A stretch of 64,000 nucleotides of DNA from positions 92,506,001 to 92,570,000 of the forward strand of contig NC_045697.1 in the NCBI RefSeq assembly GCF_009834535.1, in the 5' to 3' direction. Below the pieces are notes generated by a model, which saw only the letters and a program-made list of their open reading frames with translations, was not told the origin of the DNA and searched no databases. Numbering within the stretch: position 1 is the stretch's first letter; every line of letters begins with the position of its first letter. The stretch comes from Camelus ferus. Its lineage: Eukaryota. Made by a program: the position numbers and the translations under genes. Shown here one piece after another: positions 27,269 through 41,678 of this stretch.

Positions 27269-30200
27269 GGGTTTTATCACCATCTGGCTAGTCATATGGG
27301 AGAAGGAATTTCAAGAAACTGCCAGAGAGGAACTGCAGTGAGCCAATCCCTCAACAACAAATAACAGAAAGTGAAAGAGACAGCAAAGAGCATGCACTTG
27401 TATCTTTTAATATGTAGTGCTTCCTTATCAAGCAAATGTGTCTGAAGCCATTTCTTTGAATTTAAGCTATCATATTGTAAATCCCACTTTCCTTTGCAGC
27501 AGGAGCTGAGGTCACAAATAGGTACGTAAGAAAAAATCCTGTTATGACAAAATTAAACAAAGTCTGAAAGTATTACTGCCCCTTCCACTCCAACTCCCAC
27601 CCCTGTTACTAGGCACTGAAGTTGAAGTGATTAAATTGAGTAACTCTTTCATTGGCAAAGTATATCTTGGGATTCTCTTTTCAATTATAGTATATTTTAG
27701 AATGGAATGGGAAGAAATGTCAGACTGATAGTTTTCTAGATAGCTTGCAATTATAACTATACTATTCTATTTTCCCATGTGTCTTTGTCTGAGTGTGTAT
27801 GCATTCAGAGAGAGAGCATCTTACAGTCAGAGCCACTAGGTAAATTAGGCAACCTTGTCAATTGTCAAACATCAGGTTTACTATAAGTGATCCCTTTATT
27901 TTAATGTTATTTGACAATATTTGCCTGTGCAAAGTATCTTTAAAAATCTGATATTCAACTTTTATGGGGTCCCAAATAGAATATAAAATGCCTTATTTAA
28001 AATTGGGGACAAAAAGACAAATTAATAATAGTCAAGAAGTATGAAACACATGAAATGTTAATTTTCCAAATGTCTTTGGTTCTACTAGCTATTGTAAACT
28101 CATGAATGTGACAGTTGAGAAGTTTAGCATGAATGGTGCTATTAGTTTTGTTTATAGTAAACCTTTAATGATCTGAAAGGAAATGCACAACGAGTAAAAT
28201 TAGCTATGGAGAAATATGATATAAAGTTAACACACTAGGAGCACTTGCTTTAATGTAAACCTGGAATCCTAGTTATTCACCCAATATAAACAAATGCTAG
28301 AAAGGTAGGTTGTTTGTGTAGATACATTTCAATAAAACAAAAAGCAAAATACTTTTGAATGCAGCCATGCTGGCTGAATATATTTTTTAAAGAAATAACT
28401 CATGATGAGGATAGTTGGCTTCTAAGCTTGTATTGCAGATGTCAGTATCTGAGTCTGTCTTTATTTAGCTTTTATTGCCTCTACATGTCATGTGCATGAG
28501 AAATTGAAAACCAAGCATAAGGTTGAATTAATTTATGACTGTGGTGAAATTAACTGTCAATTAAATTAACACTAATTTTCAATAATCTTAAATAGGGGTT
28601 AATTTCACTTTCGTTGCCACCTTCTAACACTGTAGATACTTAGTATCCATCCATTCTTAGTAATGAGTGTATGTGAATAAAGTATGTGAAATTGTGTTAT
28701 ATTTCCACCAATTATACTGTTGTTAGTTTTTCATTTGATATTCTTTATTGCAAACTTTCTTTCAATCTTTTTACTTTCATTTTCATATCTACTTAAAATT
28801 ACTATTAAAAAAGAGAAAGAAGAGTGTCTTTCTTAAAAGCAAGAGAGGGAGCATTATTTTAAATGGAAATTCAGCTGGTATTGAGCATATTTCCATTTTC
28901 ATTTTAGCATTCATTATTCTCTGGTACATAAACTTGTCAGATCTCAACAGTGAACAGTATAGAGCATAAGACAGTGTTGGAATTGTAATTGGCAGGAAAA
29001 AAGAATGAAAGAACAAATTCAACAGAAAAAGAAAAATAGAAGAAAGGAGGAAGGGAGGAAAGGAGAAGAGCTGTACTGATAATCCAGGCATTCTCCCTGG
29101 CCATGGAAATAGATAAAGGGATCATTATTCTCTGAAATAAAATTGCACTGAAGCAATATGTGCTCATTGTGTTTCCATTGTTTCTGAGATTGTAAGTCTT
29201 CTAGCATGTTACATGTGGAAATGTTTAATTATAATAGTATGATTATGTTACCTAGATTGTTAATCTATTTTAACATTTCCAAAATATCTTTTGTGAGATT
29301 ATTATATTTGTTTTATTATAACATAAGGAAACATTAACATAGTACACATTTTTGATAGATTTTACAGAAACCCACTGATGATTCTAAAGAATCTAATGGT
29401 AGAGAAAGATCAGACACCTTATTCCTTCACTAGTTCAGCTCCTGTAAGTTCTCATGGCCTTAGCAGCTGTCCAGTTAAAATTCTCACAGAATTTGGGAAG
29501 TTTTAAGAAATATGGACCAATGAATGTTTAAAGCAAGTTACTTTAAAGTTATAAAATGTTCTTAAATAAAATTTCGAGTCAAAAATAATTGACTGAAATG
29601 CTACCTTCCCTAGTTATATGAATTCTATCCAATATTATTGTAGAATTTTGGATGAGTATACAGATTAATATTGAATTAAAGTTACCCCAGTCTATGTGAA
29701 GTTTCTAGAAGCTTTAGTGATACGAAATAGAATCTGTCTATGCAAGTGGCGTTCATGTGCCAAGTGTAGTACAGCCTTTGTGTGTGCTTGCACTGACTTA
29801 TGTATATCTCGGGACATACAGTAAATCATAATTTTCCCTGTGAATGAGTGTAACTGTTCCTAGAAGTGAATTTGCTTTGTACCTTCTTATAATATGAAGA
29901 CATTGATTATATATTAAAATTGGGTAGTTATAAGAATCAAAACTAAGATACAAAAAAGTAAAGCCAGAAAAATATTCTTCTTAATAATGATTTAAACACA
30001 ATTTGTTAAAAAGTTGTAGAAAGTGTTAGCACAGAGGTTTTCAATTTCAGTCATTATAACTCATTCCTGATGCGAATCATTTTCTAAAATTAATTTATTA
30101 ATTACAGCAGTTAAGTGTAATTATTCTACCTATTCAAGATTTTTATTATTACTTTTTAACACCAAGATAAATTCAGTGGAGGATAATTATCATAACAATA

Positions 30201-30699
30201 ATTCAGCACACATTTTTCGACCTGCTTGGTATTACAATATGTTCTCGAGAGTACTGGCTTCCACGTTAATTAGTCATTCATGAACTCACCTCTCTGTTCA
30301 GTTAGGCCTTCTAGAAGCAATTTAAAGGATAATAATTTTTTTTCTAAGAAGACTTGGCAGAGAAAATGTCCTTATCCTGATTTCTATTTTAGTTTTAATA
30401 AAAAGCATTAAATAAATTAAGGGGAAAATAGGAAAGCAGGAGAGAAAAGATTATCAAATAATCTCAGGTACCAAACACACACATACACACACATACACAA
30501 TAAAAATAAAACATTTATATTAGAAAAGAAAAGACTCAGAAATTAGGTGTCTTTCTGAGCCAGAAGCCTCAAGTCAAAGGCAGATGCCTTTATTACACAC
30601 CTTCTTCCCCAAAGATACCGTTGCGCCTCTGAGAACACTGCAATCAATTAGCACTGCACTGGGCACCCTGTTACCACATTCAGAGCTCCATTAAGTGAG

Positions 30700-32150
30700 A
30701 ACTAGAAAAGGAATGAATGCAAAACAAACAAAAAAGATCCAAATTGAAATCTTAGAACTTAATGATAAAATAACTGAAACTTAAGAATCTTTAGATTTGA
30801 TATGGCAGAAGGAAGGACTAGAAAATTGAGATAGATCTACTGATAATATCTCAGCTAAGTCATAAAGAGAAGAATGGATTGCAAATATTAAACAGGAAAT
30901 AAGGGGCATTTAGCATCTGTGGGAAGGTTCTAACACACATTTACCTGAAATCCTGGGTTGGATGAAATAGCGGGAATAACTTGAATACCTCAAGAGCAAT
31001 ATTTGAGCAGATATATCATGGAAAGAAAATGTTGAAAACTGACGCAGTAAATTAAGCCACATATTCAGTAATATGTGCAGAAATAGGTGTATATTTAGGA
31101 ATATGCACCACTATCAGCTTATATACAAAAAATACACAAAGTAACACACATGAGCATAAACACATAGCTAGGTACATTAAGTTCTAAAAATGAGAAAAAA
31201 AGTACAGATAAAAATCTTATAAACAGACAGATGAAAAAACATAGCCTTTAGCTGTAATAGAAAAAAAAATACTAGCAGCCTACTTGTCCACAGAACTAAG
31301 CAACAATGAAATGAAACTGTTAAAGTGCTGAAATGTTGTCATGCATAAAAATTCTAAACTCAAACAATGTAATTATAAAAGGTAAATGCACAGATACAAC
31401 ATTCTAGGGAGAAATGAATAAAACAAATAATGAGGAAAAAATGTCCAGTTCACAAGAGAAACAAAATATCTCAAATATATGTTTCTAGCTCATTCCTATT
31501 TTGAGAATGTATCTAGATGGAAAAAATAGAAGTACGTAACTTGAAACTTTAAATATAAATACCAAGTGTTATTTTAATGATTTAGAAATCTTTCTGATCA
31601 AAATACTCAATCCAGAAATCATAAAACATCAAATTCAGAAACCATATAGGACACAAAGACATTAGGTCAATTGTATCCTGTCAGAAAAATCATTAATAAT
31701 AATATCTGTATAAAGAAGAAAGTTTAATATTCCTAATAAAATATTTCTTTACATCTATAAATTAGAAAATCTCGTAAGTCATAAAAGGCTAAAATGATAC
31801 TTTGTTGATGAAAAAAATTTAAACATATAACAAATCTATATGGACTAATCAAATTTGTGAAAATAAAGATGTGCAAATGTTAATAAAGAGATATAATTGA
31901 TTGACTTTCAGATTGGCAAAAAATAAAAATACTGATAAAACCATTACTATATATTAGAGTTATAAATGCATAGTTATTGAGATTATTGAAATTAACAACT
32001 TTTTCAGTGTTTTAGCAATATGTACATATTCTAAGTGGAAATGAATAAAAAGAGTTAAGTACAGATATATTCATATCAGATTTTTTCATAATAGCAATTT
32101 GGAAACAATTTGTGACCATTAAAGGGTGCTAGCCAAATACACTGTGACAA
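30700..32150 (+). mobile_element. Highly degraded ancient L1 (ORF1 to 3' fragments)
   Basis: A-rich sequence with ORF1-like AAATTGAAATCTTAGAACTTAATGATAAAATAACTGAA and 3'-like CATAATAGCAATTTGGAAACAATT. Confidence 0.55.
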
Positions 32151-33600
32151 AATCATTTAAAAAATGTGTTTATAACATTTAATATTTCTTTGTCTACACG
32201 CATTTGACTGTGAATGCTTATGGTTGTGTGTGAGGGGAGCAGATTTTCTAGCTTGAAGGGATTCATGCAGCTTCTTAAATGAATAATTTGATATCCTTTG
32301 CCCATTTTTTTAAATATTCTCAGATACTGCTTCTTAAATTGCTTCTGTCTCAAGGTCTTTCTCTTCTCCTTCTATGACTCCAATTATACATTTTTAAAAT
32401 GTTTCACTGTGTCCCAAATGTCTCTTAGTTTGTTTTATTGTTTTCCACTTAATATTTTTATACTATAGCTTGTAGAGCATCTTCCTTTTCTCTATCCTTC
32501 AGTTTACTAATCATCTTTCCTATTGTGTCTAGTGTTTAGTCTGCTATTTGTACTCACTATTAAATTGTTATAGTTCTTTTATTTGTGTGTATATATATAT
32601 AAATTATATATTTTGTATATTTACTCTGAAAGTTTTATTTGATTTCTTATTTTTATTGACTTCCAATCTCTGACAAATTCCTTTCCTCCCTTTTTTTTTT
32701 ACCATATTTTTATGGTTATTTTAAATTATATGTCTGATTATACTGATATGTGAGTCAACCTTAGTTATGTTTCTATTTTCTGTTTAAACTTTGTTTTTGA
32801 CTATTTAGTCAATTTTAATATGCCTCAGAAGGTTTGATTGAATGCTGCATATATGAAAATCTGCATTGATTCTGGATGATGTCATCATTCTCAACAGACA
32901 ATTAAGTATGTTTGTTTGTTTACTTTTTCTGGCAGTCAGAAAGATAATAGGTGGATCAGTGTGACATTGTCTGAACTTAATTTATACTTGCTTAGGGCTG
33001 GTATACATCAATTTCATCTTTATTTCAATAGCGTAGTATTTCCACATACAATATTGAAGGTTCTAGGTTTTCAAAGAAAAGCCCGAGTTGTTCGTAAAAG
33101 CCCTTCTATGTGGAAGGGATAGACCTCCATCCACTGCCTCATCTGAATAGTGTAGCAGCAGAAATATCTGCTCAGGTCTTTAGCCTACCAGCTTCTGCCT
33201 TCTGCTGGGTTTCTTGAAGTTTCATCTTACACATGAACAGCTGTTCATTTGACATACATAGCTTCAAAAATAAATTTGAAATGGATTTTGGGCTCACTTC
33301 TCCATGGTTCCCTACTTTTTCAAGATTTTGCCTGTTGAGTCCCAGGTGTTTGGGCACACACCACAAACACCAACCTTTATATGTAGCAACCAGTGAGGTT
33401 CTCACTTTGTACTTAATCTCTTTTTTGTTCTGCAGTGAACTAGAAAATGCACTTAGGGAAAAGACCAGAAGGAATGTGAGTTTTGCACTGTTTTATGTCC
33501 CTTCTCTTAGGTATCATAGCCTGCTAAGCCTTGTCTGTGCTACTTTCTCTTAAATGATCGTCAGATATTTTTACTTATATAATTGTTGAAAGAAGAAATA
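32150..33600 (-). mobile_element. Ancient L1M/HAL1-type ORF1 and 5' region
   Basis: T-rich antisense ORF1 motifs such as TCTCTTCTCCTTCTATGACTCCAATTATACA and AATATTCTCAGATACTGCTTCTTAAATT. Confidence 0.6.
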
Positions 33601-34219
33601 AAAAATTCACTAAATTTTGTTCATTTATAGTTCATTTCTTTTGCTTTATCTATGTTCTTGATTTTAAAAGTTAGCTCATATAGTTTGCCTTTTATGTATA
33701 CTAATAGTTGAAACACATGATTTTTTCTGAACTTGTCACAACTATTTACAAATTATTTGAGTGATGCTTATTTGCTCTTCTCTAGAACCTCTGAAATCAG
33801 AAGTAGTGACAACTGGAACAGCCACATGGGAATGATAGGTGAAAGTTTCATATTGAGGAAAACATAAATTGTCTGTCTTCCTAGATTGCTTACCTCTGGA
33901 ATGTTACAAGAGAGAGAAATAGACATATATGCTTTAAGCTTGTGCATTTGTGGGTCTCTTTGTTAAAGCAGTTAATCTTTTACTCGAAGTCATGCAAGTC
34001 GTGCTATATTATATTATCTGTTCACATGCCTGTCTATGCCACCAGTTTATTAGGGGATCAAGGACATGAAACTGATTTAATATTCATTTTCTTTTCATCT
34101 TCTAGCATAACATATTATATAAAGAAGTTGTATTATGGAGGAGTTAATTTGCAGGAAAATATATCCATGTCATTTTGCAAACCTGAGATAAATCTATTCT
34201 TACCTGCTTCAGATACTGG

Positions 34220-34284
34220 AGATAGGTAGGTAGATAGATAGATAGGTCGGTAGATAGATATAGATAGATAGATAGATATAGAGA
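34220..34284. repeat. (GATA/GGTA)n tetranucleotide repeat
   Basis: Compound TAGA/TAGG array. Confidence 0.92.
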
Positions 34285-35810
34285 GTTGATATTAAGGGCA
34301 AGGCAGATAATTTCAGAGCTGGTTGAATTATTTTTGAAGAAGAGAAAGCAGAAAATATTGTTAGCACAATAATACAAAATATTTATTTCCATAAACTATT
34401 TTTACTATAAAATTGAAAAAAATACAGCATTACAGATATAACCAAGGGATCTGATATAGTCAATGCCATGGGTAAATATATAATTAACATTGCTCAGAGG
34501 CTTGCAGTTTAGTAAAAATTAAATTGCTATATCATATAGAAATCAAGGATTTATTTGTCAGTCACAATTAGTAATTTCTAACCATGACTCAGATACTAAT
34601 TTCTTAATTAGAATATGTATGTTTGTCAAGATTTTTATGGGTAAATCTGGGTATTTGCTAGCTTGCACGTTGCCCTCTATGTTGCAACAAAAGAATACAT
34701 CTCTGTAAAGTGCTAAACAAAAGAAACAGAAATAGGATAAAATTATAGTATTTTACATTCTGAAAGGGTACACTAATTTTATGTTTATGATAGTAAACCC
34801 GTGGATATATGCTAATTTTAATGAACTAATTATTTTACCCAAGGAAATGAAGCTGTTAAAATATTCAAAATGACAAAAAAAATTTCATATGCACTGACTT
34901 ATACTGGGAGAAATTTGACAGAAGAACGTGTTCTGGGCAATCAATCATGGTTGTCTACAATGGTATTAATCACCTCGTGGGTCAGGTTGTTTGTCTTCTC
35001 ATCATCTTTGAAGCTTAGATATTTAAAAATGTTCTGCCAAGATGCTCTTCATGTAAATGAACCATATGTTGGAAGTTTACAGTGTTGCCAAGGTGTTGTT
35101 AAGACTTGTTCAAGGTAGAAAGTTTTCCTCATTATGTTCATATTTATTACTGAAGAAAAACTTAGACTCCAAGTCCTTTATAGGTTAGTCCCAAACATTC
35201 AAAATTTGGAAAGTGAAAATAACATAAATATCTTGTCACTGAAGCTTCTTTCTTACATACTATTTGCCAGAGCATAGGTATGACAAATAATTATTTTATT
35301 GGGCGTTTTTTTTAGTTCCCAGAGGAAATAATTACTTCTGATGCCTATTATCTGTACTGGGTCTTCCTTCTGGAAAAATCTGATATCTATTCAGTATTTG
35401 TCATTAGATACCTTGATATTTTATGATTATCAAGTGATTGTTTTCATTAACAAACTTTTAAAATGTTTTATTATTCTTTTTATATAAATACTGAATTATT
35501 TTTATATGATTTCCAAAATAACATAGGAGATTATTTTCATAGAAGTAGTTTGATACCACCATTCAGCCTGGTAACCTCAAGCTCAAAGATCGACCTGTGG
35601 CTGAAAATCAGCAATTACTCATTTATTCAGTATATTTACAAATGAGAGACTGTATTACGTGATACAAACTTGGTAACATAAAAGATGATGGTTCCATTCA
35701 TGACAAAGTCAGTACAGTTGAGAGCTGGTTTCTAAATAAATCAATGTGAGACAAAATGAACCTTTCAGATACAATTTCTAATAAAAAAATGTACACATAA
35801 AACTCCATTA

Positions 35811-36249
35811 AGTTTCCAAAGAAAATTAAAGCACGAACACCAGAAGATACATGCACCACCCCTCCCTGTTCACTGAAGCACTAGTTACAATAGCTAAGAT
35901 ACGGAAACAACCCAAGTGTGCGTAGAAGGATGAGTGGATAAAGCAATTGTGATATATATATATACACACATACATACATAATGGGATAATGTTCAGCCAT
36001 AAAAAAGAATGAAATCTTGCTATAAGCAACAACATAGATGGACTTTTAGGGCATTATGTTAAGTGAAACAAGTCAGATAGAGAAAGACAAATACTATATG
36101 ACCTCTCTTACATGTGGAATCTGAAAAAGAAAAGCTCATAAATACAGAGAACAGATTGGTGCTTACCAGAGGCAGAAGGTGGGGAGGGGGTGGGAGAAAT
36201 GGATGAAGGGTGTCAAAAGGTAAAAATTCAAAAAAATTAAAAAAATATA
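35811..36249 (+). mobile_element. L1 (L1MA9-like) ORF2 C-terminus and partial 3'UTR with A-rich tail
   Basis: GGAAACAACCCAAGTGT...GAGAAAGACAAATACT...GGATGAAGGGTGTCAAAAGGT followed by an A-rich run. Candidate TSD AAAACTCCATTA (35799-35810) / AAAACTACATTA (36250-36261). Confidence 0.88.
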
Positions 36250-36399
36250 AAAACTACATTAGAAGTATTTAGTATAAAGTCAGAATTTCATTCCAATGGG
36301 ATGGGAAGATAGACAGCTAAAAATAAATTATAATTTATATTATCTATTTGTGTCTGTGCTCTTGAAGCATATAGGTGTGTATTTTTTTGTTTGCTTTTG

Positions 36400-36920
36400 T
36401 TTTTGTTTTTTGCTTAGAATGTCTTTTGTTTTGGAATCAAGGTAGTACTGGTTTCACAGAATAAGTTGAGAAACAATTGTTTACATTCTAAATTCTGAAA
36501 GAGTTTCTATAGGATCAATTAAATTTTATTCTTTAAATTTTTGATGGAGCTAACCAGTGAACATATGTGGGGCTGGAATTTTCTTTGTGGGAATATGTTG
36601 TAATCCTAAATATCATTTCTCTAATAACTAATATAATTAAGATTTCTATTCTTTTTTGGTTAATTTTTATCATTTACATCTACTAAGCAATTTATATTTG
36701 TCATCAAGGTTGCAGTATTTATTGGCATAACATTGTCTATATACCCCCACATATGTGGAATCAGCAGTTATATTCCATCTTTCATTTCTATGTTGTCTTG
36801 CTTTTATCTTCATTAATCTACTCATATGTTTAGCAATTTTAGATATTTTTAAAGAACTAACTTTTGATTTCATTGATTTTCTTAACTGTTAATCTGCATT
36901 CAATTTAATTTTCTGTGGCT
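36400..36920 (-). mobile_element. Old L1 ORF2 fragment
   Basis: ORF 36670..36873 (SKVSSLKISKIAKHMSRL...RNERWNITADST...YANK) is degenerate ORF2. Confidence 0.7.
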
Positions 36921-38172
36921 CTTTACTTTTTCTTACTTGGTAAAGCAAATTTTATCAAATTTGATAAACATTTGCCGATTATTTATCCCAAGATTTTATG
37001 TTCCTCCCTCCTCTTGGACTTTTTATAACAATGTTTGGAAGGTGGGTGAGCAGGAGGAGTTTAAAGAGAAACCGTTAGGTTTCTGACAATCATAGGTGGG
37101 GCGGGGGATGAGTCAGACTGCTCTTCGAATAGTTTGGGGGTGAATGAATAGTTCTTGACGTAAGAGAATTTCAGTGGGATTAGGGAGCTGGGGAAATATG
37201 AAATGTAAGCTAGAAAGCAAACATAATGACAAGATTTTTGCTTGTGGAAGTGTGTAACTTTTAGTGTTTCTATTTTGTGATATATATTATTTTTGGAGAT
37301 AGACAGTGAATTTTGTGTCTTTATATTTCCCCAGGAATTTAAGTGTATATTTTGAATTTTAAAAATATTTAAAGATGATAGTGAAGTAGATTAAAAGATC
37401 CCTGAACTGAAGTGTATCTGGCTGGTTGATGAACTTTGATCACAATGTTCCTCTTCTTTCTGGACTATTTCACTCACATAAATCTCTATTAATATTTACT
37501 CTAAATTAGTTTGAATGTCATTCTTATAATTACATGAAAATTTCTAAGAATGAATAATATTTTAGCATATGATGTTTGAATAGCACAATTATAGGGCCTC
37601 CTTTATGGAAATATACAATCTCTTCTATCACATAAATATAGTGATGAAGAAACAACAAATTCTAACCTAAAGAAGATAAACATACACATTATAAACCTCA
37701 TGCTAAAATCCTTCAAGGAAGTTAATCTTCGAAACAGTCTATTCTCTGTCTCTTTTTCTTTGTTGGTTTTATGGTTTTATTGTTGTGTGACTGTCATACT
37801 CCATCTTTATTGCTGTCTCTTTCTGTTTCCCTTGTATACTCAAACACACTTTTTAGCTTGAATAGATTTGTGAAGAATTTGTTTGTTTCCAGTGAGTTTA
37901 TTGCTTGGAGAAAAGTTGAGATTTTAAAAAGGAAATGTAAACATTTTCAGCCCAGCTTGACAGGTCTATTACATTTCAAATTTAGGAGAAATGATTCATA
38001 AGTTTCCTCAGATTCTCAGAACTGGCTTACCTGTTTAGCAGAAACTCACCTTCAGGGCATCTATTTTTTACTGGAATTTTTCTCAGTGCAGATAACAGAC
38101 ATTTTTGTATAGTGAAATTTTAAGTTATGAAAACAGTAAGCACAACTTACTATTATTAATGCTACTGCCACC

Positions 38173-38405
38173 TAATAATAAAATAACATATTTTGAGAGC
38201 TTACTACTGCATACTAAACAATGCTGTAACCTCTTTTCATGTATTAATTTATTTAAGTCTCATATAAGCAGTATGAAGTAGATAACATACACATACCTAT
38301 TTTCCACATGAAAAAAGTTTAGGCGCCTGATTTGTAAACAGTAGGTCAACATAGTAACTGACAGTGTTTATGTTTGAACTCAGGCACTTGGGCTCTAATG
38401 TCCAG
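38173..38405 (-). mobile_element. MIR SINE
   Basis: AACATATTTTGAGAGCTTACTA...CCTATTTTCCACATGAAAAAA...TTTGAACTCAGGCA. Confidence 0.7.
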
Positions 38406-39499
38406 TCTATAAAAAAAAAAATTATAGCCATTTTTATCCTCCAGTGAATAAGGGCCATCAGTAAAGACTTAGTGGCTACCTGAATTAATTATGGCAGTAT
38501 CTTGGTGGGTAGCATTTGCTCTTTGTGGTTACTGATATGTAACACGTATAAATTTCAAGGCATATTCAGTAGAAATATTCATTAATATCGGTGATAGTAC
38601 CTAAAATGCTCAATCCATATGTCTGATTATTTCTAAATGAAGTACAGGGTTAAGCTTTGTAAGAATTATTTGAACCAGTGATAAATCTGACTTCCTATGT
38701 AACTACACATTACTGGGTACATTTAAGATTTAGTTTGTTGATGATACGTATTTTGTATGGAAGCATTGATTTATATTTTGTGGCCAAATAATTGGCATTC
38801 TGTGTTTCATTTGTAAGTAATTAATTTTAAACACAATCCACTTGTTTTATCCATTAAATGGTAACAATAAGCAAATTAGACATTCAGCTTTATATTATGT
38901 CTTCTTTGTATTGAACTTTGATATCCATTATAAATACTATGAACCATTTTCTTAAGTTTAAAATCAATGGTTTACCTTATTTAAGAAAAGTATTTAGGTA
39001 CATCCTTACAAATTACATATATTTAGAAGAAATTATTTTAAGAAATGCAGTATTTTATATTAAGATATTAATTAGTTTCAATATCAATATAGCTACATAA
39101 GTTAAAAAATGATCTTAAAGAAGTGGACAAAAGTTTCTATCCTACAACATCAGTTATTAGTGAGGCCAGAAGACAGATGTTATATGAAGACACTGAAATA
39201 AATGGGTGTTCATTTCCCTGTTGACATGCAACACCATATTTGAAAAAATTTATGTTCTCGCCTGCATCACAGGGGTCAGATGCCTGTGAACTCTATTGCC
39301 TAGAATTCCTTTTTATCTCTGTTTTAGTGTAAACTCCTCAAATGAGAGGCATGCATGTCAGATATGAAAGGCAGAACAGAGTTGTTCCACAGATAGAAAA
39401 GTCAAATCTGTGTGCAAAATTCAGCACATTTTGTGGTTTTGTGATGGCTTCTGAGAACTCCTCAAGGAATTTCTTACCTCTGGGTTAAAGGCAACTGTG

Positions 39500-41460
39500 A
39501 CCATTGGCCAAAAGTTCTCTGAAATGTTGGAACTAGTAGCAAGAAATAACGAGGTTCAACATTTTTGACCTTCTCCCTTCTAATATTTTCAGCTGTTTTG
39601 TAAACACCTAATTCCCTCCATTCAGTATTTTTCTGATTGAAATATTGGACTGGTTGCTGATTACTAGGTGTAATTCTGACTGATAGAAGTGGTTCTAGGA
39701 AACATATCTGCAAAAACAGAAATCTGGTATTTGTCATTGTCTTGGTTGATTTTGAAGGCACTGATTATCACATTAGCAGAGTAAAATTGATTATTAGTTC
39801 ATATAATTCAGTGAAAATTAGACATGTGAATTATGATATGTATTTGCCTGGAATGGGGTATTTATTTAGAGCCAGGGTATGGGTGATCAAGTGGCTGCTG
39901 AAATGGAATATTACCACAGATATAATGATTCCTATGATTAAGAGGAGGACTCTCTTTTTGTACTGCACATAAGAAGGCTTACATAGAATATATAGCATGT
40001 TCTGAGCTATATATACACATCTCGAAGCATGCCTGGAAAAGACAAAGCTTTCGGGTTTGCCTTAACAATATTTTTATTATTTTTAACCTAAGGACTGATT
40101 TACCCTACTAAGACACATTTGATTTTTCAGACTGCAAAATTACAACTCAGTTTGAATCTATAGCTTCTCCTAGTCTCTTGTTTAGATATTACTGTATTGA
40201 TAAAGAGTGGCTTTATGGATTCAGATAAATCCAAGTTTAAAATTCCAAATTCCGTGAACTGTATCTTCTTAGCATAAATAACCATCACTCTCTGAGGAAG
40301 ATAGAAGTCCTTTAGGTAAAGATCCTTTAATGAATTTAATCCAGATGATAACCTTTATTTATAGGATGTTGATTCTAATGAAAATAACCACACTACCATT
40401 TATGTATCCAGACCTAAAACTAGAGTAGATGTTGTCATTTTCCAGGATAATGAGTACAACATCTGAATAAGGAGGGAGTAGTTTATACATACAGAAACCT
40501 GAGGGAAATGGATGGAGACGGCTTCTAAGACCACGTAGGAAAAACTGTCAAGCCAAGTGTACCAATATGAGGAGGTTTATGTTTTAATTTGCAAATCTGA
40601 GATTGACTCTGTCAATTTACATAGCTGGTTGGCTGCTTTCTGACTCAACTGTAGCCCACATTAAATAAACTCTGAACACCAGAACTTTCTTGGTATAATG
40701 TAGAAATAGAAATCCAAAGGGTTATGAAGATAGAATTTTTGGAATAAATTTTTCTTTGATAATTTTTATACTTACTTCCTTATTATGAATCCTTGTCCTC
40801 AGGAAGTGGTGAGGTAAACACCCATAATCAAGGAGTGGAAAAATCCATTGATAAGATAGATGCCAGTATTCTTACAGAATTCTATAGCAGATGTCTTCTA
40901 CAGCCTGGAAGAAGTCGCCATTAAAATGAGTCTCCCTAAAGTCACATTAATGATGAGATCACAGAACAGCTGTAGACAAATGTCTGTTCTTAAACACCTG
41001 AGCCACGTGAACATGCTACTCAAAAGGTCTGTGGAGCCTAAATGAAAATAAGAATGGCTCAATGGTAGGAATTTTTGTGATGTCCACGTACTGAAATATA
41101 TTGGCATCTTCCTAAGGTCTTAATAGATTTTTATAATTTAAAATGAACAAACAAAACAGAACAAAAATGAATAAAACACTCTATATCTGTTGGGCATCCT
41201 GTATTTCCCCACAACAGAGTGTTACTGCTTCTCTGATTTTCCAGGCCTCAGCCAAGAACCAGATGCAGAGCCCCTTGACTCTAAAACATAGCTAAGAAAT
41301 AAGTACTGTATGGATATATTTCCTTTCCAAAAGGATCCTCGAGTTCTTTATCATGATGGATACATGCTATGGAAAGGAAAATACACAGAGTTTTCAGGAA
41401 TTACTGAATACCGTCTCTGAAGTGACACTGATTGTTTGGGCCCCAGTTATCACTGTGCAT
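39500..41460 (+). mobile_element. Degraded ERVL remnant: LTR end, gag region and protease start
   Basis: LTR/internal junction CTGACTGATAGAAGTGGTTCTAGG (~39677-39700); gag-like CAGAAACCTGAGGGAAATGGATGG; 41401-41445 encodes LLNTVSEVTLIVWAP, a decayed ERVL protease LLDTGSELTLIPGDP motif. Confidence 0.7.
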
Positions 41461-41624
41461 TGAATAAAAAAGACTAGAATCAACAAATGCATGCTCAAAA
41501 ACCCTTTAGTGCTCACATCTCAGATGATGACTTACTGGAATACTAATTTGCGTCAAGATCTGCCTACACTGGTCTTCATGCTGTAAAAAGGCAGTGTGGG
41601 TGAATATTTTGGGAGGGGAAATTA

Positions 41625-41678
41625 TATTTATATATATATATTATATATATTTATATATATAATATATATATACACACA
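41625..41678. repeat. (TA)n microsatellite
   Basis: Interrupted TA run. Confidence 0.85.
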
